From contig NZ_JBHTCQ010000003.1 of the NCBI RefSeq assembly GCF_042665525.1, forward strand, positions 158,508 to 182,507: a stretch of 24,000 nt of DNA. The letters are read 5' to 3'. A model generated the notes under the pieces. The model was not told the origin of the DNA, ran no database searches, and saw only the letters and a list, made by a program, of their open reading frames with translations. Shown here piece by piece: positions 7,729 through 17,441 of this stretch (positions within the stretch are counted from its first letter, which is position 1; every line of letters starts with the position of its first letter). The translations under genes were made by a program, and so were the position numbers. The DNA comes from Georgenia alba. GTDB taxonomy: Bacteria; Actinomycetota; Actinomycetes; Actinomycetales; Actinomycetaceae.

Positions 7729-8346
7729 TCAGATGCCCCGCAGCATCTGGTCGAAGGACGGGACGTCGTCGTACAGGCCTGCCGCACCGTCGGCCGGACG
7801 CTCCGCGACGCGGTCCGCGAGCTCCTTGCCGGCGCGCCGGATCCGAGCCGGCAACGGGTTGACCGTGTCGACCTCACCGGACCAGTCGTCGGTCGCGGCG
7901 AACACCGAGGTGGGCACCACGTCCGCCCGCAGGTAGGTCAGCAGCGGACGCATCGAGTACTCGAGGGCGAGGGAGTGCCGGGCCGTCCCGCCCGTGGCAC
8001 CGAGCAGCACCGGCATGCCGGTGAGCGAGTCCTTGTCGATGACGTCGATGAACGACTTGAACAGGCCGGAGTAGGTGGTGGTGAACAGTGGGGAGACGAG
8101 GACGAGCCCGTCCGCGGCCGTCATCGTGTCGAGCGCCTCCCGCAGACTCCCGGTCGGGAAGCCGGTGAGCATGGCGTTGACGATCTCGTGGGCGATGCCG
8201 CGCAGCTCGATCGTCTCCACCCGCGCGCCGACGTTTCGGCTCGCCAGCTCCGCCGTCGTGGCCTCCGTGAGCCGGTCGGCCAGCAGCCGCGTGGAGCTGG
8301 GCTGGCCCAGACCGGCCGAGATCGCGACGATCGTGCGCTCGTTCAT
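7729..8346 (-). CDS. NAD(P)H-dependent FMN reductase (flavodoxin-like, SsuE-type; resembles the CE1759-type partner reductases)
   Basis: I trimmed track ORF 7729..8469 to the ATG at 8346 (MNERTIVAISAGLGQPSSTRLL...), which has GGGAG upstream. The motifs LVLVSPLFTTTYSGLFKSFIDVI and LLGATGGTARHSLALE are present. Confidence 0.8.
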   Translation of the reverse strand: MNERTIVAISAGLGQPSSTRLLADRLTEATTAELASRNVGARVETIELRGIAHEIVNAMLTGFPTGSLREALDTMTAADGLVLVSPLFTTTYSGLFKSFIDVIDKDSLTGMPVLLGATGGTARHSLALEYSMRPLLTYLRADVVPTSVFAATDDWSGEVDTVNPLPARIRRAGKELADRVAERPADGAAGLYDDVPSFDQMLRGI

Positions 8347-8368
8347 GCTCTGCTCCCTTCGCCGGACC

Positions 8369-9550
8369 TCAGCGCTCGGCCGAGGTCTCGGACTCGGTAA
8401 CGGTCTCGCCCGCCGGGCTCTTCCCGGTCCACCGGTCCTCGCCCGCGACGTGGCCCTGGTGCTCTGCACCGGACGCCCGGGCCGCGGCCACCCGCTCGGC
8501 GTGGCTCGGCGGGCCGGACGGGACGCCGTCGGGACGGTGCGGCTCCATCTCCTTGCGCAGCGCCGGGACGATCTCCTCGGCGAGGATGTCGATCTGCTCG
8601 AGCACGGTCTTCAGCGGCAGGCCGGCGTGGTCGATGAGGAAGAGCTGGCGCTGGTAGTCGCCGACGTGCTCACGCATCGCGGCGTAGCGGTCGATGATCT
8701 GCTGCGGGCTGCCGACCGTGAGCGGGGTCTCGGCGGTGAACTCCTCCATCGAGGGGCCGTGGCCGTAGACCGGGGCGTTGTCGAAGTAGGGGCGGAACTC
8801 GTTCCAGGCGTCCTGACTGTTCTTGCGGGCGAAGAACTGCCCGCCGAGGCCGACGATCGCCTGGTCCGCACGCCCGTGCCCGTAGTGCTCGAACCGCTGC
8901 CGGTAGTACTGCACCATGCGCGTCGTGTGGCTCATGGGCCAGAAGATGTTGTTGTGGAAGAAGCCGTCGCCGTAGTACGCGGCCTGCTCGGCGATCTCGG
9001 GGCTGCGGATCGATCCGTGCCAGACGAACGGCGGGACGCCGTCGAGCGGTCGGGGCGTGGCGGTGAAGCCCTGCAGCGGCGTGCGGAACTTGCCCTGCCA
9101 GTCGACCACGTCCTCCTCCCAGAGGCGGCGCAGCAGCGCGTAGTTCTCGATGGCCAGGTTGATGCCCTGGCGGATGTCCTTGCCGAACCACGGGTAGACC
9201 GGGCCGGTGTTGCCGCGGCCCATCATGAGATCCATCCGGCCGTTCGAGAGGACCTGCAGCATGGCGTAGTCCTCGGCGATCTTCACCGGGTCGTTGGTCG
9301 TGATGAGCGTGGTGGCGGTCGACAGCACGATGTTCTTCGTCGACGCGGCGAGGTACCCCAGCATCGTGGTCGGCGAGGACGCGACGAACGGCGGGTTGTG
9401 GTGCTCACCGGTGGCGAAGACGTCGAGGCCCGCCTCGTCGGCGTGCTGCGCGATCGCGAGCATCGACCGCACGCGCTCCGTGTCGTCAGGTATCCGACCC
9501 GTCGTGGGGTCGGTCGTGACGTCGCTGACGCTGAAGATTCCGAACTGCAT
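8369..9550 (-). CDS. Luciferase-like (LLM-class) FMN-dependent monooxygenase (resembles the CE1758 type)
   Basis: I trimmed the track ORF to the ATG at 9550 (MQFGIFSV...), which has AGGAG upstream. The segments ATGEHHNPPF, LSNGRMDLMMGRGN and SPQQIIDRY are typical of LLM TIM barrels. The FMN reductase gene follows 22 nt downstream. Confidence 0.8.
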   Translation of the reverse strand: MQFGIFSVSDVTTDPTTGRIPDDTERVRSMLAIAQHADEAGLDVFATGEHHNPPFVASSPTTMLGYLAASTKNIVLSTATTLITTNDPVKIAEDYAMLQVLSNGRMDLMMGRGNTGPVYPWFGKDIRQGINLAIENYALLRRLWEEDVVDWQGKFRTPLQGFTATPRPLDGVPPFVWHGSIRSPEIAEQAAYYGDGFFHNNIFWPMSHTTRMVQYYRQRFEHYGHGRADQAIVGLGGQFFARKNSQDAWNEFRPYFDNAPVYGHGPSMEEFTAETPLTVGSPQQIIDRYAAMREHVGDYQRQLFLIDHAGLPLKTVLEQIDILAEEIVPALRKEMEPHRPDGVPSGPPSHAERVAAARASGAEHQGHVAGEDRWTGKSPAGETVTESETSAER

Positions 9551-9582
9551 GGTGCCGACTCCTGATCGATGCCTTTGCATGA

Positions 9583-9602
9583 ATGTTCCGAAGGCGGAAC
9601 AT
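9583..9602 (-). terminator. Perfect 8-bp stem / 4-nt loop hairpin (atgttccg-aagg-cggaacat) between the secA stop and the monooxygenase start
   Basis: The inverted repeat was read directly from the sequence, about 30 nt downstream of the secA stop. There is no U-tract, so it may instead be a processing or stability element. Confidence 0.35.
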
Positions 9603-9632
9603 CGGGCACCTGCACCCTATTCCCGCCGCGGG

Positions 9633-12497
<2,865 letters not shown>

Positions 12498-12552
12498 GCA
12501 GCACTCCAGGTCGTCGGTCGTGGCGGGGCATCCGCGGCACGAGCGCCCGCGT

Positions 12553-12603
12553 CCGGGCGCACGCCCCATGGTAGGCGCTGGCCCGCCCGGCGTGTGCGCC
12601 CGG
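12553..12603 (-). terminator. Imperfect inverted repeat (about 13 bp with a 2-nt bulge and a 23-nt loop) between the YcaQ-like stop and the secA start
   Basis: ccgggcgcacgcc (12553-12565) pairs with ggcgtgtgcgcccgg (12589-12603). It could terminate the repair operon or form part of the secA leader. Confidence 0.25.
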
Positions 12604-12629
12604 GGCTGGCCGGGGCGTACTGGTGCGGC

Positions 12630-13976
12630 CTACGTGGCGGTGGGACGTCCGAGGACCTGTCGGGCGAGCTCGGCGACGAGGTCCCCTGCGGCGTCCGGGT
12701 CGACGGCGAGGTCCTCCAGCCCCAGCCAGGCCGCCATCTCGTGCAGCTCCGCGGTCAGCTCGGTGACGACGTCATGCCGGTCCGGCCATGCTCCGCCGCC
12801 CGTACGGGGCAGGCCGGCCACCTCCTCAGGCCGCTCGGAGAATGCCGAGCGGACCCGCAGGACGCCGGAACGACGGTCGGCCTTGAGGTCGACACGTGCG
12901 ACGAGGTGCTCGCCGAGCAGGAACGGCAGGACGTAGTAGCCGTGCGTGCGCTGCTCGGGCGGGGTGTAGATCCCGATCCGGTAGTGCATGCCCCAGAGCG
13001 CCAGCAGCCGGTCACGCTCGAAGACGAGCGGGTCGAACGGCGCCAGCAGGGCACGGACGCGGGTCCGCCGGGGCACGCGGGCGGTCACGTCGAGGTAGGC
13101 CGGCCTGCCCCAGCCGGACACCTGGACCGGCTCGAGCGCCCCTTCCTCGACGAGCTCGCGCACCGCCGTCGTCGTGGCGTCGATGCGGAGCCGGAAGTAG
13201 TCGGCGAGGCATCCGACGGTCCCGACGCCGTGCGCCCGGGCCGCGATCCGGACGAGCTCCCGGATCGCGTCCGGCTTGTCGAGCAGGGGCGCGGCATGGA
13301 CCTCGGGCGGCAGCACCCGCTCGGCAAGGTCGTAGGACCGCTCGAACTGGCTGGTCCGGTGGGAGACGACGACCTCGCCGACGTCCCACAGGTGCTCGAG
13401 GGCGTGCTTGGCGGGCGTCCAGTTCCAGCCCCAGTGCTCCTTCGGTCCACGCTCGTGCCCGAGGATCGCATGCAGCTCGCCGGCCGTCACCGGGCCGTGC
13501 TCCGCGACGAGGTCTCGGACGCCGGCGAGCAGGCCCGGGTACTGCTGCTCGTACCGCTTCTCCTTGTCGCGGTACGCCTCGCGGCGCCAGTGCAGCAGCT
13601 GGTAGGTCCGTGGCGGGACGTAGGAGGCCACGTGCGCCCAAGACTCCACGATCCGCCGCGGCGCACGGCCGGCGGCCCGGTCGAGCAGCGAAACGTCGTA
13701 GGTGCCGAGCCGGGAGAAGACCGGCAGCAGGTGGGCCCGCGCGAGCACGTTGACGGAGTCGATCTGCAGCAGGCCGACCCGGTCCAGGAGACGGGCGAGG
13801 TGCGCCATGGTGACCCGACCGGACGGAGCGGGGCCGTCGAGGCCCTGGGCTGCGACCGCGATGCGGCGCGCCTGACCGGTGGTGAGCGTGCGGGACGACG
13901 GCGCCAGGGGACTCGCGCCCCGCCGCCGGAGAGCTGTCGTGGTCACCCGAGTCATCATGCCGGGCCCCACCGACAT
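12630..13976 (-). CDS. Winged-helix DNA glycosylase of the YcaQ/AlkZ (HTH_42, DUF1006) family
   Basis: I trimmed track ORF 12630..14501. The ATG at 13976 overlaps the UdgX stop by 1 nt (TGATG), and the ATGs at 13958/13955 are alternatives. Family-like segments are LLQIDSVNVLARAHLLPVFSRLG, WGWNWTPAKHALEHLWDVGEVVVSHR, FERDRLLALWGMHYRIGIYTPPEQRTHGYYVLPFL and VARVDLKADR. Confidence 0.75.
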   Translation of the reverse strand: MSVGPGMMTRVTTTALRRRGASPLAPSSRTLTTGQARRIAVAAQGLDGPAPSGRVTMAHLARLLDRVGLLQIDSVNVLARAHLLPVFSRLGTYDVSLLDRAAGRAPRRIVESWAHVASYVPPRTYQLLHWRREAYRDKEKRYEQQYPGLLAGVRDLVAEHGPVTAGELHAILGHERGPKEHWGWNWTPAKHALEHLWDVGEVVVSHRTSQFERSYDLAERVLPPEVHAAPLLDKPDAIRELVRIAARAHGVGTVGCLADYFRLRIDATTTAVRELVEEGALEPVQVSGWGRPAYLDVTARVPRRTRVRALLAPFDPLVFERDRLLALWGMHYRIGIYTPPEQRTHGYYVLPFLLGEHLVARVDLKADRRSGVLRVRSAFSERPEEVAGLPRTGGGAWPDRHDVVTELTAELHEMAAWLGLEDLAVDPDAAGDLVAELARQVLGRPTAT

Positions 13977-14605
13977 CACGTCGCGAGGCCGAGGTCCTCG
14001 ACCAGCGCGGCGAAGGCCGCGTCCCACTCCGGCTTGCCGCGCAGCCGCAGCACGGCCGACGGGTGGGTGGTCACGACGACCCGGTAGCCGGCGTCCTGCT
14101 CCGCCTCGAGCACCTGTCCGCGGACCTCCCCGACGCGCACGTCGTGGCCGAGCACGGCCCGCGCCGCGGTGGCGCCGAGGCACACCACCACGTCCGGCGA
14201 CACGGCGGCGAGCTCGGCGAGCAACCACGGACGGCAGGCCTCGAGGTGTGCGACGCCGGGCTTCTTGTGCAGCCGGCGCTTGCCGCGCTCGACGAACCGG
14301 AAGTGCTTGACGGCGTTCGTCGAGTACACGCGGTCCGCGTCGATACCGGCGGCCTCGAGGGCGTCGGAGAGCACCCGCCCGGCCGGACCGACGAACGGCG
14401 CCCCCTCGCGGTCCTCCCGGTCGCCCGGCTGCTCCCCCACCACCACGACGCGGGCGCGCGCGGGACCGGCGGAGAAGACGACCTGGGTGGCGTCCGCCCA
14501 CAGCTCACAACCCCGGCAGCCCGGAGCGGCCTCGCGCAACGCGTCGACGTCTCCGTCCTGCGGCACCCACTGCTCGGCGCCGGGGCGTTCGGGTGCGCGT
14601 GCCAT
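13976..14605 (-). CDS. udgX: UdgX-type family-4-like uracil-DNA glycosylase (covalent uracil-DNA binding protein)
   Basis: The 209-aa protein appears nearly colinear with M. smegmatis UdgX as I recall it. N-terminal Fe-S Cys residues lie in CRGCELW, with a further Cys in CRPW. Motif A GEQPG is at 14423-14437. The UdgX-specific loop KRRLH is at 14267-14281, and motif B is HPS. Confidence 0.85.
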   Translation of the reverse strand: MARAPERPGAEQWVPQDGDVDALREAAPGCRGCELWADATQVVFSAGPARARVVVVGEQPGDREDREGAPFVGPAGRVLSDALEAAGIDADRVYSTNAVKHFRFVERGKRRLHKKPGVAHLEACRPWLLAELAAVSPDVVVCLGATAARAVLGHDVRVGEVRGQVLEAEQDAGYRVVVTTHPSAVLRLRGKPEWDAAFAALVEDLGLAT

Positions 14606-15441
14606 CAGACCCCTTCCCGTACCGGCAGCAGCTCCGCCAGACGTCCGGACAGGCCCAGCGCGTCGAACGGCGCCCGCACCTTGGCGTCGTTGTCGAAGTA
14701 AACGTAGACGTCCCGGACCTCCTCATGCCACCTGCGCACCCGGAGGGCCCACTCCGCCAGCGCGACGTCGTCGTAGCCGGAGACGTACAGCTCGGCGTCA
14801 CCGTGCAGCCTCACGTAGAGGAAGTCGGCGGTGATCACCTCCAGGAACGGCCAGCGGCCCGCGGTGTCGGCCACGACGACGGCGACGTCGCAGGCCCGAG
14901 CGAGGTCGGGGAACGCGGGGTCCCGATAGGAGTCGTGGCGCACCTCGACCGCGTGCCGGAGGGGCCGGTCCGGGCCCGGCTCCGTCCAGGCGCGTCCCTC
15001 GAGCCGCTCGTCGTGCCCGGCGGCGAGGCGCGCGGCCTCGCCGGTGGTGCGTGGCAGCAGCCGCAGGAAACGTTCCAGCCGTCCGGCGTCGAAGGCGAGG
15101 GTCGGCGGAAGCTGCCACAGCACCGGTCCGAGCTTCTCACCGAGTGCCAGAACTCCGGACGCGAAGAAGTTCGCCAGTGGCGTCCCGACGTCGGTCAGCT
15201 TCTTCATGTGCGTGACGAAACGTGGCCCCTTGACCGCGAAGAGGAAACCCTGCGGGGTCTGCTCGTACCACCTTCGATAGCTCGTCGGAGTCTGCAGGGA
15301 GTAGAACGACCCGTTGATCTCGACCGTGCCGAGCCGCGCCGCGACGTAGCCGAGCTCCTCCCGCTGCGGAAGCCCGCGCGGGTAGAAGGTGCCGCGCCAC
15401 GGCCCGTAACGCCATCCGGAGATCCCGACGTGGACCGTCAT
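14605..15441 (-). CDS. DUF72 (YecE/UPF0759) family protein
   Basis: I trimmed track ORF 14605..15924 to the ATG at 15441. MTVHVGISGWRYGPWRGTFYP..., VEINGSFYSL, FLFAVKG and YVYFDND are typical of DUF72. The stop overlaps the UdgX ATG by 1 nt (TGATG). Confidence 0.8.
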   Translation of the reverse strand: MTVHVGISGWRYGPWRGTFYPRGLPQREELGYVAARLGTVEINGSFYSLQTPTSYRRWYEQTPQGFLFAVKGPRFVTHMKKLTDVGTPLANFFASGVLALGEKLGPVLWQLPPTLAFDAGRLERFLRLLPRTTGEAARLAAGHDERLEGRAWTEPGPDRPLRHAVEVRHDSYRDPAFPDLARACDVAVVVADTAGRWPFLEVITADFLYVRLHGDAELYVSGYDDVALAEWALRVRRWHEEVRDVYVYFDNDAKVRAPFDALGLSGRLAELLPVREGV

Positions 15442-15447
15442 CCGGCG

Positions 15448-15453
15448 AGCGTA
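15448..15453 (-). promoter_or_regulatory. Candidate -10 hexamer TACGCT placed for a leaderless DUF72-UdgX-YcaQ-like transcript
   Basis: The minus strand reads TACGCT-cgccgg-ATG. The hexamer fits TANNNT and sits 6 nt before the start codon. The only SD-like run (GGGGGAGG) is about 20 nt upstream, which is too far to serve as an SD. Confidence 0.3.
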
Positions 15454-15493
15454 GGCGCGGACCTCCCCCGCCGCACGAGCAGAGCGTCCGGGC

Positions 15494-15533
15494 CGGGAGG
15501 GCCGGCGCCGGAGCGCCGGCGGCGGCCCTCCCG
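15494..15533 (-). terminator. Strong GC-rich stem-loop downstream of hpf (7 bp + 8 bp stems, CGGA tetraloop, 6-nt bulge)
   Basis: cgggagg (15494-15500) pairs with cctcccg (15527-15533). gccggcgc (15501-15508) pairs with gcgccggc (15513-15520). It lies about 130 nt after the hpf stop and about 50 nt before the DUF72 start, with no U-tract. Confidence 0.4.
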
Positions 15534-15647
15534 AACGGTGCGCGTTCGGGCCGGCGGCGGAGCGTCGTGAGGCTGGTGGGCCTGGCAGGAGCCGCGAGGT
15601 ACGAGCGGCGAGCGGACGCCTCGCGACGCCCGGCGGCGGCCCTCCCG
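15516..15647. repeat. 18-bp perfect direct repeat CCGGCGGCGGCCCTCCCG (15516-15533 and 15630-15647) in the hpf-DUF72 spacer
   Basis: Both copies were read directly and are identical. They are 114 bp apart start to start. Confidence 0.8.
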
Positions 15648-15662
15648 GAATGGCGACCGACG

Positions 15663-16337
15663 TCAGCTTGCGGCGGCGGTCACCGACTCCTCGACGTGGT
15701 TCGTGCCGCCGCCCATCACGGTGTTGAGCCGGATGACGCCGTACGTCCAGCCGTGCCGGTGGTAGACGACGCAGGGCTGTCCGGTCTCGTCGTCGATGAA
15801 GAGGTAGAACGGGTGGCCGACGAGCTCCATCTCGTACAGCGCCTGGTCGACCGTCATGGGCTCGGCCTCGTGCAGCTTCTGCCGCACGACGACCGGCGAG
15901 TCGCCGAGCTGCGCCTCGACGCACTCGCCCGGGGTCGTGGGCGGCACCGGACGGTCGGCCATCTCTGCGTCGTCGCGGTCCGCCGCCGGGTCCGGGAGCG
16001 TGGCGTCGACCGGGGCCGGGACGGCGTAGCGGTGGTGGTTCTTGCGGCGGTCGCGGCTGCGGCGCAGCCTCTCGAGGAGCTTGTTCGAGGCCAGGTCCAG
16101 GGCTCCGTACCGGTCCGAGGCGCGGGCCTCGGCGCGGATCACCGGCCCGCGGTCACGCACCGTGATCTCGACCCTCTCCGACACCTCCGACTGCCGCGGG
16201 TTCGGCTCGTGGGTCAGCTCGACCTCGACCCGCTGGGCACGCGGAGCGAGCTGGGCGACCTTGCCGAGCTTGCCCTCGACGTGGCTGCGGAACCGGCCGG
16301 CGATCTCGGTGTTACGGCCCTTGACGACGATCTCCAT
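15663..16337 (-). CDS. hpf: Ribosome hibernation promoting factor, long form
   Basis: I trimmed the track ORF to the ATG at 16337 (MEIVVKGRNTEI...), which has GGAGG 9 nt upstream. The N-terminus has a YfiA/S30AE fold pattern. The C-terminal dimerisation domain is PMTVDQALYEMELVGHPFYLFIDDETGQPCVVYHRHGWTYGVIR. Its position next to comF/lpqB/mtrBA matches conserved synteny. Confidence 0.9.
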   Translation of the reverse strand: MEIVVKGRNTEIAGRFRSHVEGKLGKVAQLAPRAQRVEVELTHEPNPRQSEVSERVEITVRDRGPVIRAEARASDRYGALDLASNKLLERLRRSRDRRKNHHRYAVPAPVDATLPDPAADRDDAEMADRPVPPTTPGECVEAQLGDSPVVVRQKLHEAEPMTVDQALYEMELVGHPFYLFIDDETGQPCVVYHRHGWTYGVIRLNTVMGGGTNHVEESVTAAAS

Positions 16338-16599
16338 GGTTGGCGACCTCCATGATCGGGACACGGGAGCGGCTCCCGCGGTGACGGCCTGCTGGCGGCT
16401 CGCGCGGTCAACGGCGAGCCTGCGACGAAGCGACCACCTCCCCCCGGCCGGGCCCGGCCGGCGCTCCTTCGCGCCTTGCGTCGGGTCCGACAGTGCCCTC
16501 CATAGGATCACGCTAGTACCGATCCGGCCCGATGTGGATACCGGGCGGGAAGTTCGGGCCGAGGGCCCGGGAACATGCGGGACCGCACGCGCGGGACGT

Positions 16600-17343
16600 C
16601 TACGTCAGCCCCGCCGCCCCGGACGGCGCGGGTGCGGAGGCGAGTGCCAGCGCAGCGACCGCACGGCCACCCGCCGCCTCGACCGCGCGGGCGCACGCCG
16701 CCAGGGTGGCGCCCGTGGTCACGACGTCGTCGACCAGCACGACGGCGGTCCCCGCGGGGAGCGCCTCCCGCGCGCGCACCGTGCCGCTCCGGTTGGCGGC
16801 CCGTCCGCGAGCGCCCATCCCGGCCTGGTGCGCCCGCCCGCCACGGCGCCGGAGCAGGTCGAGCACCAGCACCTCCCGCCCGCCGCTCCACGCGCGCGCC
16901 AGCCCGCGGGCCACCGCGTCCGCGAGGTCCGCCACCACGAGCCGTCCCGCCGCGCGCCGCCGCCAGCCGGACGGCGCGGGAATCACGACGACGGCGTCCT
17001 CGCCCTCGAGCAGGACGCGGACGTCCGGGTCGTCCGCCCAGCGGCAGGCCGCCTGCGCGGCGGCGGCCAGGACCTGCCCGGCGATGTCCTGGCGCCGGTG
17101 GTTCTTCCAGGCCAGCACCGTCGCCCGCAGCGCGCCGCGGTAGGCGCCGATCGACCATGTGGGCAGCATCGGCCCGGTACCGACGCCGGCGAGGAGCGAC
17201 GTCCGGTGCTCGCAGCGCACGGGGCGGCGCCGCAGCAACGCCGCGCACCGCGGGCACAGCGGGACGTCCCACCGGCCACAGCCGGCGCACTCGACGGGGA
17301 TCACCAGTCGTCCGGCGTCCGCGACGGCGCCGCGCAGGTCCAT
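16600..17343 (-). CDS. ComF-family phosphoribosyltransferase-like protein
   Basis: The N-terminus has paired CxxC motifs (CAGCG...CPRC) and a PRPP-binding loop VVLVDDVVTTGATL. I prefer the start at 17343 over 17382 because the 13 intervening codons have several T-ending codons, which is unusual here. The start remains uncertain. Confidence 0.75.
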   Translation of the reverse strand: MDLRGAVADAGRLVIPVECAGCGRWDVPLCPRCAALLRRRPVRCEHRTSLLAGVGTGPMLPTWSIGAYRGALRATVLAWKNHRRQDIAGQVLAAAAQAACRWADDPDVRVLLEGEDAVVVIPAPSGWRRRAAGRLVVADLADAVARGLARAWSGGREVLVLDLLRRRGGRAHQAGMGARGRAANRSGTVRAREALPAGTAVVLVDDVVTTGATLAACARAVEAAGGRAVAALALASAPAPSGAAGLT

Positions 17344-17411
17344 CCGCACAGCCTGGCCACCGGCCTGCCGACAATGGCCCACGCGCCTGCGCCGCTGTGG
17401 ACGGCGGGGCT

Positions 17412-17432
17412 GTCCCCGGGACGACCGGGGAC
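17412..17432 (-). terminator. Perfect 8-bp stem / 5-nt loop hairpin (gtccccgg-gacga-ccggggac) 10 nt after the lpqB stop
   Basis: The inverted repeat was read directly. There is no U-tract. It could be an attenuator or stabiliser between lpqB and comF. Confidence 0.35.
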
Positions 17433-17441
17433 GGGACGGCG

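Noticed and set aside
13977-14501. In-frame N-terminal extensions of track ORFs: YcaQ-like to 14501, DUF72 to 15924, LpqB to 19637, HPF to 16511, FMN reductase to 8469, DUF4129 to 22378, acidic protein to 3427, SecA to 12569
   Set aside because: The extensions are Arg/Gly/Pro-rich and overlap upstream genes or spacers. Family-typical N-termini, SD sequences or stop/start overlaps support the shorter starts used in the feature list.
16338-16599. 262-bp hpf upstream region: possible promoter (TAGCGT at 16510-16515 on the minus strand, with TCCACA 17 nt upstream) and a long structured leader, including cgggag-cgg-ctcccg at about 16363-16377
   Set aside because: The support is motif-only, with no positional constraint such as the leaderless geometry seen elsewhere. 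It is plausible but too weak to list as a feature and needs TSS mapping.
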